Positions 11,854 through 22,791 of a stretch of DNA of 29,187 nt are shown here, piece by piece (within the stretch, counting starts at the first letter, position 1; each line of letters starts with the position of its first letter). Both the position numbers and the translations under genes were made by a program. Source of the DNA: Fidelibacterota bacterium (GTDB taxonomy: Bacteria; Fidelibacterota; Marinisomatia; Marinisomatales; Marinisomataceae). Under the pieces are notes generated by a model. That model had not been told where the DNA came from and ran no database searches. It saw only the letters and a list, made by a program, of their open reading frames with translations. The DNA is taken from contig JABHGE010000032.1 in assembly GCA_018672235.1 (NCBI GenBank), positions 1 to 29,187 of the forward strand, in the 5' to 3' direction.

Positions 11854-13944
11854 ATGTCTGCTGACTTAAAATCCGTAAGAAATATTGGAATTATGGCTCA
11901 TGTAGATGCAGGTAAAACAACTCTAACAGAGAGAATGTTATACTATGCTGGAAAGACCCATAAAATTGGTGAAGTTCATGATGGCGCTGCTACTATGGAC
12001 TGGATGGCTCAAGAGCAAGAAAGAGGTATTACTATTACTTCAGCCGCAACTACTTTTTATTGGGACAAAAATCGTGTTAATTTAATTGACACTCCTGGTC
12101 ACGTTGATTTTACTATGGAAGTAGAAAGATCATTAAGAGTTCTTGATGGCGCTGTTGCAGTATTTTGTGCAGTTGCTGGAGTAGAACCTCAAAGTGAGAC
12201 AGTTTGGAGACAGGCAACAAAATATAATGTACCTAGAATCGCATTTATTAATAAAATGGATAGAACCGGTGCAGATTTTTATAACGCAATAGATACTATG
12301 AAAAAACGTTTAGGCGCTAAACCACTACCTATTGCATTACCTATTGGTGAGGGTGAAACTTTTAGAGGGATTATAGACTTAACTACTATGAAAGCTATTG
12401 AATATAATGAAAGTAGCCAAGGTGCTGAATTTGAATATATTGATATTCCAGAAGAATTATTAGAAGATGCAAATAAGTGGAGAAATTTCTTAATTGAAGA
12501 AGTTGCTAGCTTTGAAGATGCATTAATGGAAAAATATTTAAATGAAGAAGAAATTTCTACTGAAGAAATTAAAGCAGCTCTTAAAAAAGGATGTCTAGAA
12601 AATGCTTTTGTACCTACTTTATGTGGTTCAGCCTTTAAGAATAAAGGAGTGCAGAGAGTTTTAGATGCAGTTATTGATTTTTTACCATCTCCTTTAGATG
12701 TAGAAAGTATCGAAGGATCTTCTGTTAATGACTCAGAAACAAAAATTATGATTAAGAACTCTACGGAGGGTGCATTCACGGCACTTGCATTTAAGATTGC
12801 TACTGATCCTTTTGTAGGTAAGCTTACATATATTAGAGTTTATTCTGGTACATTAAAGAAAGGATCTTTTTGTATTAATTCAAATACTGGAGACAAGCAA
12901 AGAATTTCAAGAATCCTACAAATGCATGCAAATAAAAGAGAAGAATTAGAAGAAGTAAAAGCTGGAGAAATTGTAGCAGTAATTGGTTTAAAAAATGTTC
13001 GAACCGGACATACCTTATCAGAAAAAGGTGATGTAGTGCTCGAATCTATGGAATTTCCAGAGCCAGTTGTTGCAGTTTCAATTGAACCTGTTTCAAAAAG
13101 CGATCAAGATCAGTTAGCAAAAGGAATGAATAAGCTAAGTGAAGAAGATCCTACTTTTAAAGTTAAGGTAGACAGCGAAACTGGTCAAACAGTCATATCG
13201 GGCATGGGAGAAGTTCACTTAGAAATTATTATTGATAGACTTAAAAGAGAATTTAATGTTAATGCTAATGTTGGAAAACCTCAAGTTTCATTTAGAGAAG
13301 CAATTCAAAAGTCTGTGGATAAAGTTGATGAAAAATTTGTTCGTCAATCTGGTGGTCGTGGTCAGTATGGTCATGTTGTTATCAATGTTAGGCCAACAGA
13401 ACAAGGTGCTGGATATAAATTTATAAATAAGATTGTTGGTGGAGTGATTCCGAGAGAATATATTCCTGCAGTAGATGCTGGTATCCAAGAGCAATTAAAA
13501 AATGGTATACTACATGGATATCCTATTCCTGATGTTGAAGTAGAACTTGTTTATGGGTCTTACCACGATGTAGATTCTTCTGAAATTGCTTTCAAGGTAG
13601 CTGGTTCACGAGCAATTAGAACTGCTTGTAAGCAAGCAAGCCCAATATTGATGGAGCCAATTATGGCTGTAGAAGCAACTACTCCAGATGATTATCTCGG
13701 AGATGTAATTGGTGATATTAACTCTAGAAGAGGTAAAGTTGAAAGTATGGAGCAGCAAGGAGCGAACCAAAGTATTAAAGCTGCTGTGCCATTAAGTGAA
13801 ATGTTCGGCTATGCAACAGATTTAAGGTCTCTATCTCAAGGTAGAGCAAATTTTCATATGGATTTTCAGCAATATGCTAAAGTTCCAGCATCAGTAGAAG
13901 AAAAATTAATGAAATCACAATCAAAAAATGGAGAAGCATCATAA
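11854..13944 (+). CDS. fusA: Elongation factor G
   Basis: [36 protein letters not shown] motifs. Confidence 0.99.
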   Translation: MSADLKSVRNIGIMAHVDAGKTTLTERMLYYAGKTHKIGEVHDGAATMDWMAQEQERGITITSAATTFYWDKNRVNLIDTPGHVDFTMEVERSLRVLDGAVAVFCAVAGVEPQSETVWRQATKYNVPRIAFINKMDRTGADFYNAIDTMKKRLGAKPLPIALPIGEGETFRGIIDLTTMKAIEYNESSQGAEFEYIDIPEELLEDANKWRNFLIEEVASFEDALMEKYLNEEEISTEEIKAALKKGCLENAFVPTLCGSAFKNKGVQRVLDAVIDFLPSPLDVESIEGSSVNDSETKIMIKNSTEGAFTALAFKIATDPFVGKLTYIRVYSGTLKKGSFCINSNTGDKQRISRILQMHANKREELEEVKAGEIVAVIGLKNVRTGHTLSEKGDVVLESMEFPEPVVAVSIEPVSKSDQDQLAKGMNKLSEEDPTFKVKVDSETGQTVISGMGEVHLEIIIDRLKREFNVNANVGKPQVSFREAIQKSVDKVDEKFVRQSGGRGQYGHVVINVRPTEQGAGYKFINKIVGGVIPREYIPAVDAGIQEQLKNGILHGYPIPDVEVELVYGSYHDVDSSEIAFKVAGSRAIRTACKQASPILMEPIMAVEATTPDDYLGDVIGDINSRRGKVESMEQQGANQSIKAAVPLSEMFGYATDLRSLSQGRANFHMDFQQYAKVPASVEEKLMKSQSKNGEAS

Positions 13945-14252
13945 TGGCTAAAGATTTAATTAGAATATCTTTAAAAGCTTATGATCACAAGCTTTTAGAT
14001 AAGTCTGCTGAAAAAATTATTAGAACGGCTAAGTCAACAGGTGCAATTATTTCTGGACCAATTCCTATGCCAACTAAGAGAACAGTATATACTGTATTGA
14101 GATCACCGTTTGTTAACAAAAAATCGCGTGAACAATTTCAAACAAAAGTACATAAAAGAATTGTAGATATTGTGAATTCTACTCCAAAAACTGTTGAATC
14201 TTTAATGAAAATAGACTTGCCGGCTGGTGTTGATATCGAGATTAGAGGATAA
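13944..14252 (+). CDS. rpsJ: 30S ribosomal protein S10
   Basis: [25 protein letters not shown] motifs. Confidence 0.99.
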   Translation: MAKDLIRISLKAYDHKLLDKSAEKIIRTAKSTGAIISGPIPMPTKRTVYTVLRSPFVNKKSREQFQTKVHKRIVDIVNSTPKTVESLMKIDLPAGVDIEIRG

Positions 14253-14254
14253 GT

Positions 14255-14875
14255 ATGTACGGATTGATAGGTAAAAAAGTTAAAATGTCACAAATCTTTA
14301 ATGATCAGGGTCATGTGGTTCCAGTTACTTTAGTAGAAGCTGGTCCATGTGTTGTATCTCAAATTAAGACCATCGACTCTGATGGATATAATTCTGTGCA
14401 ATTAGCTTTTGGTAAGAAATCAAAAAGAAATACAAATAAACCTACAATAGGACACCTTAAAAAAGCAGATATTGATAGCGCTAAAGTTCTAGCTGAATTT
14501 GAATCGCTAGATACATTTGAATATAAACTAGGTCAAAAATTTGATTCTTCAATTTTTCATATTGGAGAAATTGTTGATGTGAGAGCAAAATCTAAAGGTA
14601 AAGGTTTTGCCGGAGTTATCAAGAGACATAATTTTGCTACACAAGACGCTACTCATGGTAATAAACATACTCAAAGAGCTCCAGGTTCTATCGGACAAGC
14701 ATCTTGGCCTTCAAGAGTGTTTAAAGGAATGAAGATGGCAGGTAGAAAAGGTTCTGGTAATGTTACTGCACAAAACCTTGAGATTGTTGATATAGATAAA
14801 GAAAATAATTTATTATATGTTAAAGGAGCTATTCCTGGTGCAAATAACACACCAGTGTTTATCTTAAAAAAATGA
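14255..14875 (+). CDS. rplC: 50S ribosomal protein L3
   Basis: SKGKGFAG, RAPGSIGQ, KGMKMAG, VKGAIPG motifs. Confidence 0.99.
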   Translation: MYGLIGKKVKMSQIFNDQGHVVPVTLVEAGPCVVSQIKTIDSDGYNSVQLAFGKKSKRNTNKPTIGHLKKADIDSAKVLAEFESLDTFEYKLGQKFDSSIFHIGEIVDVRAKSKGKGFAGVIKRHNFATQDATHGNKHTQRAPGSIGQASWPSRVFKGMKMAGRKGSGNVTAQNLEIVDIDKENNLLYVKGAIPGANNTPVFILKK

Positions 14876-15492
14876 AAATTAAATCAATAGATAGTAGTAA
14901 AGATTACAGCTTAAGTGATTCAGTATTTAAAGTGCCGATGAACGATCAGGTTGTTTATCAGTGTGTTATAGCAGAATTAACTAATGCTAGACAAGGAACT
15001 AGATCTACAAAAAATAGATCTGCAGTTTCTGGTGGTGGTAAAAAACCGTTTAAGCAAAAAGGCACAGGTAATGCTAGACAGGGAACCATTAGATCTCCTT
15101 TGAATAGAGGTGGTGGTGTTATTTTTGGTCCTAGTCCAACATATTATTTTAAAAAAGTAAATGCTAAGACAAAAAAATTAGCTTTTAAATGCGTTTTGTC
15201 GGAAAAGGTTAAAAATGACGCTTTAAAAGTGATTGATTCAATAGAATTAACAACAAATAAAACAAAAGATTTTGTTGGATTTTTAGAATCTAATAGTCTA
15301 GCTAATAAAAAGGTAACAATTGTAGTATCTGATGTGAATGATAATTTAAGATTAGCATCAAGAAATATTGAGCATATAAAAGTTGTAAAAGCATTATCAT
15401 GTTCTGTGGCAGATTTAATGAATAATGATGCTTTGCTATTCGATGCCAGCGCATTGGCTTTGATGTCAGAAAGATTTGGAGATAAGAAATAA
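14872..15492 (+). CDS. rplD: 50S ribosomal protein L4
   Basis: RQGT...KPFKQKGTGNARQG...GGGVIFGP. Confidence 0.99.
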   Translation: MKIKSIDSSKDYSLSDSVFKVPMNDQVVYQCVIAELTNARQGTRSTKNRSAVSGGGKKPFKQKGTGNARQGTIRSPLNRGGGVIFGPSPTYYFKKVNAKTKKLAFKCVLSEKVKNDALKVIDSIELTTNKTKDFVGFLESNSLANKKVTIVVSDVNDNLRLASRNIEHIKVVKALSCSVADLMNNDALLFDASALALMSERFGDKK

Positions 15493-15494
15493 TT

Positions 15495-15806
15495 ATGAGT
15501 CATTTTTCACAAATTTTAATTCGTCCAATAGTGACAGAAAAAATGACATCTCTTCAAGAGTCTCAAAATAAGTACGCATTTGAAGTTCCTTTAGAGGTAA
15601 ATAAAATTGAGATTAAGAAGGCTGTAGAAGAAAAATTTAAAGTTAAAGTCCTTAAAGTTGCTGTAAGCAATCGAAAAGGTAAGGCTAAGCAGATGACTGT
15701 AAAAAGTAATGGAAGAACAATTAGAACAAATGGATATACTAAACTAAAAAAGAGAGCTCTTGTAACACTCGTAGAGGGTTATAACATAGACTTATTTGGT
15801 GTGTAA
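15495..15806 (+). CDS. rplW: 50S ribosomal protein L23
   Basis: PIVTEK, YAFEV, NKIEIKKAVE motifs. Confidence 0.98.
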   Translation: MSHFSQILIRPIVTEKMTSLQESQNKYAFEVPLEVNKIEIKKAVEEKFKVKVLKVAVSNRKGKAKQMTVKSNGRTIRTNGYTKLKKRALVTLVEGYNIDLFGV

Positions 15807-15815
15807 ATATAAATT

Positions 15816-16643
15816 ATGGCAATAAGACAATTAAAACCAGTTACCCCAGCTTCAAGATTCACTTCTAAGCCAGATTTTTCTGAAATTACTGCTAGTAAGC
15901 CTGAAAAATCATTGGTCAGAAAATTAAATAAGACTGGCGGTAGAAATAATAGAGGTCGTATTACTTCTCGTAGAAGAGGTGGTGGCCATAAACGTAGCTA
16001 TAGATTAATAGATTTTAAAAGAAACAAATTTAATATTGATGGTAAGGTAGCAACTATTGAGTACGATCCAAATAGAAGTGCATTTATTGCATTAATTCAT
16101 TACGTGGATGGAGAAAAAAGATATATCGTACAACCACAAGGTTTAAAGGTTGGAGATGTGATAGTTTCTTCAGAAAAAGCAGAATTAAAAACTGGTAATG
16201 CTATGCAATTAAAAAATATTCCATCAGGTCAATTTGTACATAATATTGAATTAATTCCTGGTAAGGGAGCACAAATGGCTAGAAGCGCAGGAACATATGT
16301 TCAAATAATGGCTCATGACAAAAATTATGTAACATTAAAAATGCCATCTGGAGAAGTTAGAATGGTTCCAGATAAATGTTTAGCTACAATTGGCGTAGTT
16401 GGTAACAAGCAACATGAATTAGTACGTTCAGGTAAAGCAGGTCGATCAAGATGGCTTGGGAAACGTCCTAAAGTTAGAGGTGTAGCTATGAATCCTGTTG
16501 ATCACCCTCATGGTGGTGGAGAAGGTAAGAGTTCAGGTGGAAGACATCCAGTGTCTCCTTGGGGTCAACCTACCAAAGGTTTCAAGACTAGAAAGAAAAA
16601 GAAAAAGTCAAATGCTCTAATAGTAAAAAGGAGAAATGATTAA
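15816..16643 (+). CDS. rplB: 50S ribosomal protein L2
   Basis: [28 protein letters not shown] motifs. Confidence 0.99.
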   Translation: MAIRQLKPVTPASRFTSKPDFSEITASKPEKSLVRKLNKTGGRNNRGRITSRRRGGGHKRSYRLIDFKRNKFNIDGKVATIEYDPNRSAFIALIHYVDGEKRYIVQPQGLKVGDVIVSSEKAELKTGNAMQLKNIPSGQFVHNIELIPGKGAQMARSAGTYVQIMAHDKNYVTLKMPSGEVRMVPDKCLATIGVVGNKQHELVRSGKAGRSRWLGKRPKVRGVAMNPVDHPHGGGEGKSSGGRHPVSPWGQPTKGFKTRKKKKKSNALIVKRRND

Positions 16644-16915
16644 TGTCTAGATCTATTAGAAAAGGACCTCATATTGATGTCAAATTATTAAAAAAAGTCG
16701 ACAAAATGAATGACTCAGCAAAGAAGGGCGCTATTAAAACATGGGCAAGAAATTCTGTAATTGTACCAGATTTTGTAGGACATACTTTTGCTATACATAA
16801 TGGTAATAAATTTATACCTGTTTTTATAACAGAAAATATGGTTGGTCATAAACTAGGAGAATTTTCTCCTACAAGAACATTTAGAATGCATTCAGGAGAT
16901 AGAAAGAAAAAATAA
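16643..16915 (+). CDS. rpsS: 30S ribosomal protein S19
   Basis: HNG and [13 protein letters not shown] motifs. Confidence 0.99.
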   Translation: MSRSIRKGPHIDVKLLKKVDKMNDSAKKGAIKTWARNSVIVPDFVGHTFAIHNGNKFIPVFITENMVGHKLGEFSPTRTFRMHSGDRKKK

Positions 16916-16917
16916 TT

Positions 16918-17250
16918 ATGGATATTACTTCAAGAACTAACACTATAAAGCATTCACCAAAAAAGCTAAGAAAAGTAGCTAATTGTGTGCGTGGGTTGAA
17001 TGTAAACAAGGCGCTATCTTCTTTAAAGCATATGGATGAGAAAGGTGCACAAATTATTGAAAAAACACTATGTTCTGCCATTGCAAACGCTGGAAATACA
17101 GATAATTTTGACAAAGATATGAATGAGGTTACAATAAAAATTATTACCGTAGACGAAGGTCCATCACAAAAAAGATTTAGAGCGAGAGCTCAAGGTAGAG
17201 CAAATAAGATTATAAAGAGAACAAGTCACTTAAAAATAGTTATAGGATAA
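16918..17250 (+). CDS. rplV: 50S ribosomal protein L22
   Basis: SPKKLR, SAIANA, VDEGP, RAQGRA, KRTSH motifs. Confidence 0.98.
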   Translation: MDITSRTNTIKHSPKKLRKVANCVRGLNVNKALSSLKHMDEKGAQIIEKTLCSAIANAGNTDNFDKDMNEVTIKIITVDEGPSQKRFRARAQGRANKIIKRTSHLKIVIG

Positions 17251-17253
17251 TTA

Positions 17254-17892
17254 ATGGGACAGAAAACACATCCAGTAGGTTTAAGATTACAGCTCACTAA
17301 GAATTGGAGCTCTAATTGGTTTCCAAAGAAAAATGCTTATGCGACTGATCTTGCACAAGACATTAAATTAAGAAAATATTTAAAAAAGAGATTACAAGAT
17401 GCTTCAGTTGCAGCAGTTAATATTGAAAGAACTTCACAAGCAATTACGGTTACTATCCATACGGCTAGACCTGGTATTGTTATTGGTAGAGGAGGAGAAG
17501 AAGTTTCAAGGCTTAAAAAAGAAGTTTCAAAACTGTGTAACACAGATGATATTCATTTGAATATAAGCGAAGTAAAGAGACCTGAATTAAACGCAGAATT
17601 AGTAGGTCAAAATATTGCCAATCAATTAATAAAGAAAATGGCTTACAGAAGAGTGATGAATAAAACTATGCAATCTACTATGAGAATGGGAGCCGAGGGC
17701 ATTAGAGTTAATGTCGCTGGAAGATTAGGTGGAAGTGAAATCGCTAGATCTGAAAGATTTATGGATGGTAGAGTTCCATTACATACTCTTAGAGCAGATA
17801 TTGACTATGCGCTAGTAGAAGCTCATACAACATATGGTATCATAGGAATTAAAGTTTGGATTTGTAATGGATTTTCAAAGGCTAAAAAATAA
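17254..17892 (+). CDS. rpsC: 30S ribosomal protein S3
   Basis: [17 protein letters not shown] (KH domain), [14 protein letters not shown]. Confidence 0.99.
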   Translation: MGQKTHPVGLRLQLTKNWSSNWFPKKNAYATDLAQDIKLRKYLKKRLQDASVAAVNIERTSQAITVTIHTARPGIVIGRGGEEVSRLKKEVSKLCNTDDIHLNISEVKRPELNAELVGQNIANQLIKKMAYRRVMNKTMQSTMRMGAEGIRVNVAGRLGGSEIARSERFMDGRVPLHTLRADIDYALVEAHTTYGIIGIKVWICNGFSKAKK

Positions 17893-18314
17893 TGTTAGAA
17901 CCTAAAAAAATTAAATATAGAAAAGTCCATAGAGGCAATCGAAAAGGCATGGCAAAAGGTGGTACTGAAGTAAGCTTTGGTAGTTATGGCTTGAAAGCAA
18001 TGGAACCAGGTTGGGTTACAGCCAGACAAATTGAAGCTACTAGAATTTCAATATCTAGGCGAGTAAGAAAATTAGGTAGAATGTGGATTAGAATTTTTCC
18101 AGATAAGCCAATTACAAAAAAGCCAATGGAGACAAGAATGGGTAAAGGAAAAGGATCTCCAGAATATTGGGTAGCGAATGTAAAACCTGGTAGAGTTTTA
18201 TTTGAAGTAGAAGGTATTCCTAAGGAAGTAGCTCAGGAAGCATTTAGAATTGCTGGAAATAAACTAGCAATCAAAACAAAATTAGTTTCAAAAAGAGGAT
18301 TAGATGAAGGTTAA
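17892..18314 (+). CDS. rplP: 50S ribosomal protein L16
   Basis: RIFPDKP and RMGKGKG motifs. Confidence 0.99.
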   Translation: MLEPKKIKYRKVHRGNRKGMAKGGTEVSFGSYGLKAMEPGWVTARQIEATRISISRRVRKLGRMWIRIFPDKPITKKPMETRMGKGKGSPEYWVANVKPGRVLFEVEGIPKEVAQEAFRIAGNKLAIKTKLVSKRGLDEG

Positions 18315-18513
18315 CGACTTAAGAAAATTGTCTGATAAAGATTTATTGTCACGCTTAACTGACAATAGAGAAAGTTTGCAGAAATATCGCTTTCAAAAAT
18401 CAATTCAACAATTAGAAGATTATAAAGTATTGTCTGACTTGAGAAAAGAGAATGCTAGAATTAATACTATATTAAAAGAAAAAACCTTAGATAAGGGAAA
18501 TATTGATGGATAG
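18304..18513 (+). CDS. rpmC: 50S ribosomal protein L29
   Basis: [17 protein letters not shown]; synteny. Confidence 0.95.
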   Translation: MKVNDLRKLSDKDLLSRLTDNRESLQKYRFQKSIQQLEDYKVLSDLRKENARINTILKEKTLDKGNIDG

Positions 18514-18760
18514 AAATACACAAAAATTAGTAGGTACTGTTGTTTCTGACGCTATGGATAAAACTGTAGTAGTTAGCGTGGAAAGGCTTGTGAAGCATAA
18601 GCTTTATAAAAAGTATATGAAAAAATCAAAGAAATATTATGCTCATGATGAAAATAATACTTTTAAAAAAGGCGATACAGTAGAGCTTCTAGCAAGTAGA
18701 CCTTTAAGTAAGTTAAAAAGATGGCGTACATCTAAATTAATTAAGAATGGAAATAAATAG
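18506..18760 (+). CDS. rpsQ: 30S ribosomal protein S17
   Basis: [27 protein letters not shown]18506 preferred over TTG18503. Confidence 0.98.
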   Translation: MDRNTQKLVGTVVSDAMDKTVVVSVERLVKHKLYKKYMKKSKKYYAHDENNTFKKGDTVELLASRPLSKLKRWRTSKLIKNGNK

Positions 18761-19128
18761 TGGTACAAGCAGAAACAAGATTAAAAGTAGCCGACAACTC
18801 TGGAGCAAAAATAGTACAATGCTTTAAGGTTCTAGGTGGATCAAAAAAGAGATATGCTAGTATCGGAGATATTATTGTAGTAGCTGTTAAATCTTCTACT
18901 CCTGGTGGAATGGTTAAAAAAGGAGAAGTTGCTCGAGCTGTAGTAGTTAGAGTCAAGAAAGAAGTAAGAAGAAGAGATGGGTCTTATATCAGATTTGATG
19001 ATAATGCCGCAGTTATTTTAAATGCTCAGAATGAACCAAAAGGCACTAGAATATTTGGTCCAGTAGCAAGAGAATTAAGAGAAGGTGGTTATATGAAAAT
19101 TATTTCAATGGCACCGGAGGTTTTATAA
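18760..19128 (+). CDS. rplN: 50S ribosomal protein L14 (GTG start)
   Basis: [29 protein letters not shown] motifs. Confidence 0.99.
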   Translation: MVQAETRLKVADNSGAKIVQCFKVLGGSKKRYASIGDIIVVAVKSSTPGGMVKKGEVARAVVVRVKKEVRRRDGSYIRFDDNAAVILNAQNEPKGTRIFGPVARELREGGYMKIISMAPEVL

Positions 19129-19433
19129 TGAAAATTAAGAAAAATATGATGGTAAAAGTAGTAGCTGGAAACTTTAAGGGACTTTCAGGTAAAGTACTTA
19201 AGGTTATACCTGAAACTCAAAGAGCTTATGTTGAGGGAGTTGCTTTAACAAAAAGAACCCTAAAACCTTCTCAAGAAAATCCAAAAGGCGGATTTACAGA
19301 AAGAGAAAGATCTATACATGTTTCAAATTTAATGGCTTTAGAGAGCAATAAAGCTTCTAGAATTGGATTTAAAGTATTGGAAGATAAATCAAAAGTAAGG
19401 GTTTCAAAAAGATCTGGTAAGGAATTAGGTTAA
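19128..19433 (+). CDS. rplX: 50S ribosomal protein L24
   Basis: KOW-like N-terminus, VEGV, IHVSN; synteny. Confidence 0.97.
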   Translation: MKIKKNMMVKVVAGNFKGLSGKVLKVIPETQRAYVEGVALTKRTLKPSQENPKGGFTERERSIHVSNLMALESNKASRIGFKVLEDKSKVRVSKRSGKELG

Positions 19434-19438
19434 GATTC

Positions 19439-20026
19439 ATGGCGACAAATTATAAGAAAAAATATTTAGATGAAGTTAGACCTCACTTAATGAAGGCTTT
19501 CAATTTAAGTACTGTTATGCAAGTGCCTAAGATTGAAAAAATTACATTAAATATTGGTTTAGGTAACGCAAAAGAAAACAAGAAAGCTTTGCAATCAGCT
19601 CTCGATGAATTAATGTTGATTACTGGTCAAAAACCAGTTATTACAAAAGCAAAAAAAGATGTTTCTAATTTCAAGATTAGAAAAGGATTTCCAGTTGGAT
19701 GTAAGGTTACTTTACGTAGAGAATATATGTACGAATTTTTAGAAAGATTGTGTGCAGTTGCCCTTCCAAGAACAAGAGATTTCAGAGGGTTATCGAATAA
19801 GTCATTTGACGGACAAGGTAACTATAGTTTTGGAATTAAAGAGCAAATTGTATTCGCAGAAATTGACTATGATAAGGTTGATTCTATTACAGGTATGGAT
19901 GTCATTATTACCACATCGGCTGATAACGATGAAATATCTTATGAGTTATTAAAATCTATGGGACTCCCAATTAGAGAGAAAAAAGTATTAACAGATAATA
20001 ATTTAGACAAGGAAAATAATGGCTAA
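19439..20026 (+). CDS. rplE: 50S ribosomal protein L5
   Basis: [25 protein letters not shown] motifs. Confidence 0.99.
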   Translation: MATNYKKKYLDEVRPHLMKAFNLSTVMQVPKIEKITLNIGLGNAKENKKALQSALDELMLITGQKPVITKAKKDVSNFKIRKGFPVGCKVTLRREYMYEFLERLCAVALPRTRDFRGLSNKSFDGQGNYSFGIKEQIVFAEIDYDKVDSITGMDVIITTSADNDEISYELLKSMGLPIREKKVLTDNNLDKENNG

Positions 20027-20324
20027 AAAATCTAAAGTTGTAAGAGAGAATCACTTAATGAAAAAAGTTGAAAAATACCATGCTCTAAGAACAGAGTTGA
20101 GAGGTTTAATTAAAAACATTAACACTCCAGAAGATGAAAAAATGAAAGCTATAGAGAGGCTTCAAAAGCTTCCTAGAAGCTCAAGTCGCACTCGTTTAAC
20201 AAACAGATGTGCAGTTTCTGGAAGACCAACAGGGTATATGAGAAAATTTGGTTTATCAAGAATAACTTTTAGAGAATTAGCGTTAAAAGGTGAACTGCCT
20301 GGCGTAACTAAGGCCAGTTGGTAA
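20019..20324 (+). CDS. rpsN: 30S ribosomal protein S14, long zinc-independent form
   Basis: 101 aa, [25 protein letters not shown]; only one Cys. Confidence 0.98.
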   Translation: MAKKSKVVRENHLMKKVEKYHALRTELRGLIKNINTPEDEKMKAIERLQKLPRSSSRTRLTNRCAVSGRPTGYMRKFGLSRITFRELALKGELPGVTKASW

Positions 20325-20336
20325 GGAGAACATTTT

Positions 20337-20735
20337 ATGTCAATGACAGATCCAATAGCAGATTTTTGTACAAGAATAAGAAATGGCTATTCATCTCAAA
20401 AGAGATGGGTGGACGTACCTTCTTCGCTGTTGAAAAAAAGAATAGCAGTTGTATTGAAAGAAGAAGGATATATCGATAATGTTGTTTTTGTGAGTAAGGA
20501 AGATAAGAAAGAAGATATTAGAGTATTTTTAAGATATCATAATGAATCTCCAGCAATTACAACAATTGAAAAAATTAGTAAACCTGGAAAAAGAGTTTAT
20601 GTGGCATCAGACGAAATTCCTAGAGTATTGAATGGATTGGGAATCAGTGTAATCTCATCTTCAAAAGGTGTAATTAGTAATAAAGTAGCAAGAGAATTAA
20701 AAGTTGGAGGAGAGTTGCTTTGCAACGTTTGGTAA
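20337..20735 (+). CDS. rpsH: 30S ribosomal protein S8
   Basis: DPIAD-TRIRN, SKPGKRVY, GGE motifs; AAGGAG at 20323-20328. Confidence 0.99.
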   Translation: MSMTDPIADFCTRIRNGYSSQKRWVDVPSSLLKKRIAVVLKEEGYIDNVVFVSKEDKKEDIRVFLRYHNESPAITTIEKISKPGKRVYVASDEIPRVLNGLGISVISSSKGVISNKVARELKVGGELLCNVW

Positions 20736-20736
20736 T

Positions 20737-21288
20737 ATGTCAAGGATAGGAAATAACGTAATTACAATACCAGAGGGTGTAAAAGTGAAAAATAGTACTC
20801 AGCACCTATCAGTAAACGGACCCAAAGGTCAATTATCGGTTGATATTTGTGAGGAAGTAACAGTAAAAATTGAAGATAATGGCATATCTGTATCAAGAAA
20901 TGCAGAAGATAAAGTTTCAAGATCTATGCATGGTACAACTAGACAATTAATTTTTAATGCTATTGAAGGAGTTACAAACGGGTTTTCTAAACATTTAGAA
21001 ATCGTAGGGGTTGGTTATAATGCTAAATCTCAAAACAATAGAGTGATTTTACAGTTAGGTTTTTCTCACGATATTATCTTTGATTTACCTGAAGGTATTG
21101 AAGCAATTTCTGACGGTAAAAAAGGTGAAAAATTGGAGATTAAGGGTATAAATAAACAAGTTGTAGGTCAAGTAGCTGCAAAAATAAGATCTCTAAGAAA
21201 GCCTGAACCTTACAAAGGAAAAGGAATTAGATATAAAGATGAATATGTTCGTTCAAAACAAGGTAAAACTGTTGGAGGGGGCGACTAA
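20737..21288 (+). CDS. rplF: 50S ribosomal protein L6
   Basis: MSRIG start (ATG20737), GPKG, GVGY, RKPEPYKGKG. Confidence 0.99.
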   Translation: MSRIGNNVITIPEGVKVKNSTQHLSVNGPKGQLSVDICEEVTVKIEDNGISVSRNAEDKVSRSMHGTTRQLIFNAIEGVTNGFSKHLEIVGVGYNAKSQNNRVILQLGFSHDIIFDLPEGIEAISDGKKGEKLEIKGINKQVVGQVAAKIRSLRKPEPYKGKGIRYKDEYVRSKQGKTVGGGD

Positions 21289-21648
21289 ATGAAAAAGTTA
21301 AAATTAAAAAAAGAACAATACTTAAGAAGAAGAAAAAGATCAAAAAAACCTTTTCCAGTAAAAGGTGAGTATAGGTTGTGTGTTTATAAGAGCGCTAGGC
21401 ATATAGAAGCACAAATTATTGATGATTTTAATCAGACTACTTTAGTAGCTGCTTCTTCAAAAGAAAAGGCTTATGCAAAAGAGAAGGGTAATAAAACTGA
21501 ATTAGCATCACTTGTTGGAAAGTCTTTATCTGAGAGAGCAAAAGTTAAAAAAGTTAAAAAAGTATACTTTGATAGAAACGGTTTTAGATATCATGGAAGA
21601 GTGAAATCTTTTGCTGAAGCTTCTAGAAAAGGTGGACTAGAATTTTAA
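21289..21648 (+). CDS. rplR: 50S ribosomal protein L18
   Basis: RL-V-KS, FDRNGFRYHGRV, GLEF motifs. Confidence 0.98.
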   Translation: MKKLKLKKEQYLRRRKRSKKPFPVKGEYRLCVYKSARHIEAQIIDDFNQTTLVAASSKEKAYAKEKGNKTELASLVGKSLSERAKVKKVKKVYFDRNGFRYHGRVKSFAEASRKGGLEF

Positions 21649-21661
21649 AATTGGAGAATAA

Positions 21662-22168
21662 ATGAGTATGATTAATTATTCAGAACTGGACTTAAAAGAA
21701 GAATCCGTTATAAGAATTAACAGGGTTGCAAAAGTTAATTCTCGCGGAAAAAGATTCAGCTTTTCAACTTTGGTTGTTATTGGAGACGGTAAAAATCATG
21801 TTGGCATTGGACAAGGAAAAGCTAATGAAGTGGTTGTATCAATCACTAAAGCTAAGGATGATGCAAAGCAGAATCTAGTTAAGGTTCCTGTTTATAATTA
21901 TACTATTCCTCATGAGATTATAGGTAAACATGGTGCAAGTAGAGTGTTGCTAAAACCAGCTCCATTCGGAACAGGTATTATAGCCGGTGCTGGAGTAAGA
22001 TTGATTATGGAGCAAGTTGGTATCAACAATATTTACTCAAAAGTCCTAGGATCACATAACCCTATGAATGTTGCTAAAGCTGTAATGAATGCTTTAACAA
22101 GTTTGCAGGATGTTAGAGTTGTTGCTAAGAAAAGAGGGAAAACACCACAAACATTATTCGAGATTTAA
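21662..22168 (+). CDS. rpsE: 30S ribosomal protein S5
   Basis: INRVAKV, GKANEV, TIPH, GTGIIAG motifs; GGAG upstream. Confidence 0.98.
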   Translation: MSMINYSELDLKEESVIRINRVAKVNSRGKRFSFSTLVVIGDGKNHVGIGQGKANEVVVSITKAKDDAKQNLVKVPVYNYTIPHEIIGKHGASRVLLKPAPFGTGIIAGAGVRLIMEQVGINNIYSKVLGSHNPMNVAKAVMNALTSLQDVRVVAKKRGKTPQTLFEI

Positions 22169-22171
22169 AAA

Positions 22172-22360
22172 ATGGCTAAAAAACAAATTAAAATTACACA
22201 AATCAAAAGTAGAATTGGCTATTCAAAAAAAGCTAAAGCTACTCTTGATGCATTAGGTCTTAGAAAAATGAATAAAACAGTTGTTCTAGATTTAAACGAT
22301 GCAATAAATGGAATGGTAAAAAAGATAGACTATCTAGTTAAGGTTGAGGAAGTAAAATAA
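22172..22360 (+). CDS. rpmD: 50S ribosomal protein L30
   Basis: ITQIKSRIG, ALGLRK, GMV motifs. Confidence 0.97.
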   Translation: MAKKQIKITQIKSRIGYSKKAKATLDALGLRKMNKTVVLDLNDAINGMVKKIDYLVKVEEVK

Positions 22361-22791
22361 TGAAATTAGTAAAACCTATTAAAGCTACAAAGAACTCGAA
22401 AAGAGTTGGTAGAGGACCCGGTTCCGGTTTAGGTAAAACTGCCGGAAGAGGCCATAATGGAGCAGGATCAAGAAGTGGTCATAAGCACAGATATTGGTTT
22501 GAAGGAGGTCAAGTACCTCTTCATAGAAGAGTTCCAACAAGAGGATTTAATAATTCCAATTTTGCAAAGTCATATGAAATTGTAAATCTTTCTCAAATTG
22601 CTAAAATTAAATCAAAGAAAATTGATTCTGAGGTTTTATTGGAAAAAGGATTAATCTCTTCTAACTTTGTTGCTGTAAAAATTCTTGGTAACGGAGATAT
22701 TGATAAAGCTTACAATGTTACTGCATCAGCATTTAGTGCCTCTGCAGTTAAAAAGATTGAAGAAGCAGGCGGAAAGGTTACTGTTCAGTGA
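22360..22791 (+). CDS. rplO: 50S ribosomal protein L15
   Basis: RVGRGPGSGLGKTAGRG, FEGGQ, KILGNG motifs. Confidence 0.99.
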   Translation: MKLVKPIKATKNSKRVGRGPGSGLGKTAGRGHNGAGSRSGHKHRYWFEGGQVPLHRRVPTRGFNNSNFAKSYEIVNLSQIAKIKSKKIDSEVLLEKGLISSNFVAVKILGNGDIDKAYNVTASAFSASAVKKIEEAGGKVTVQ

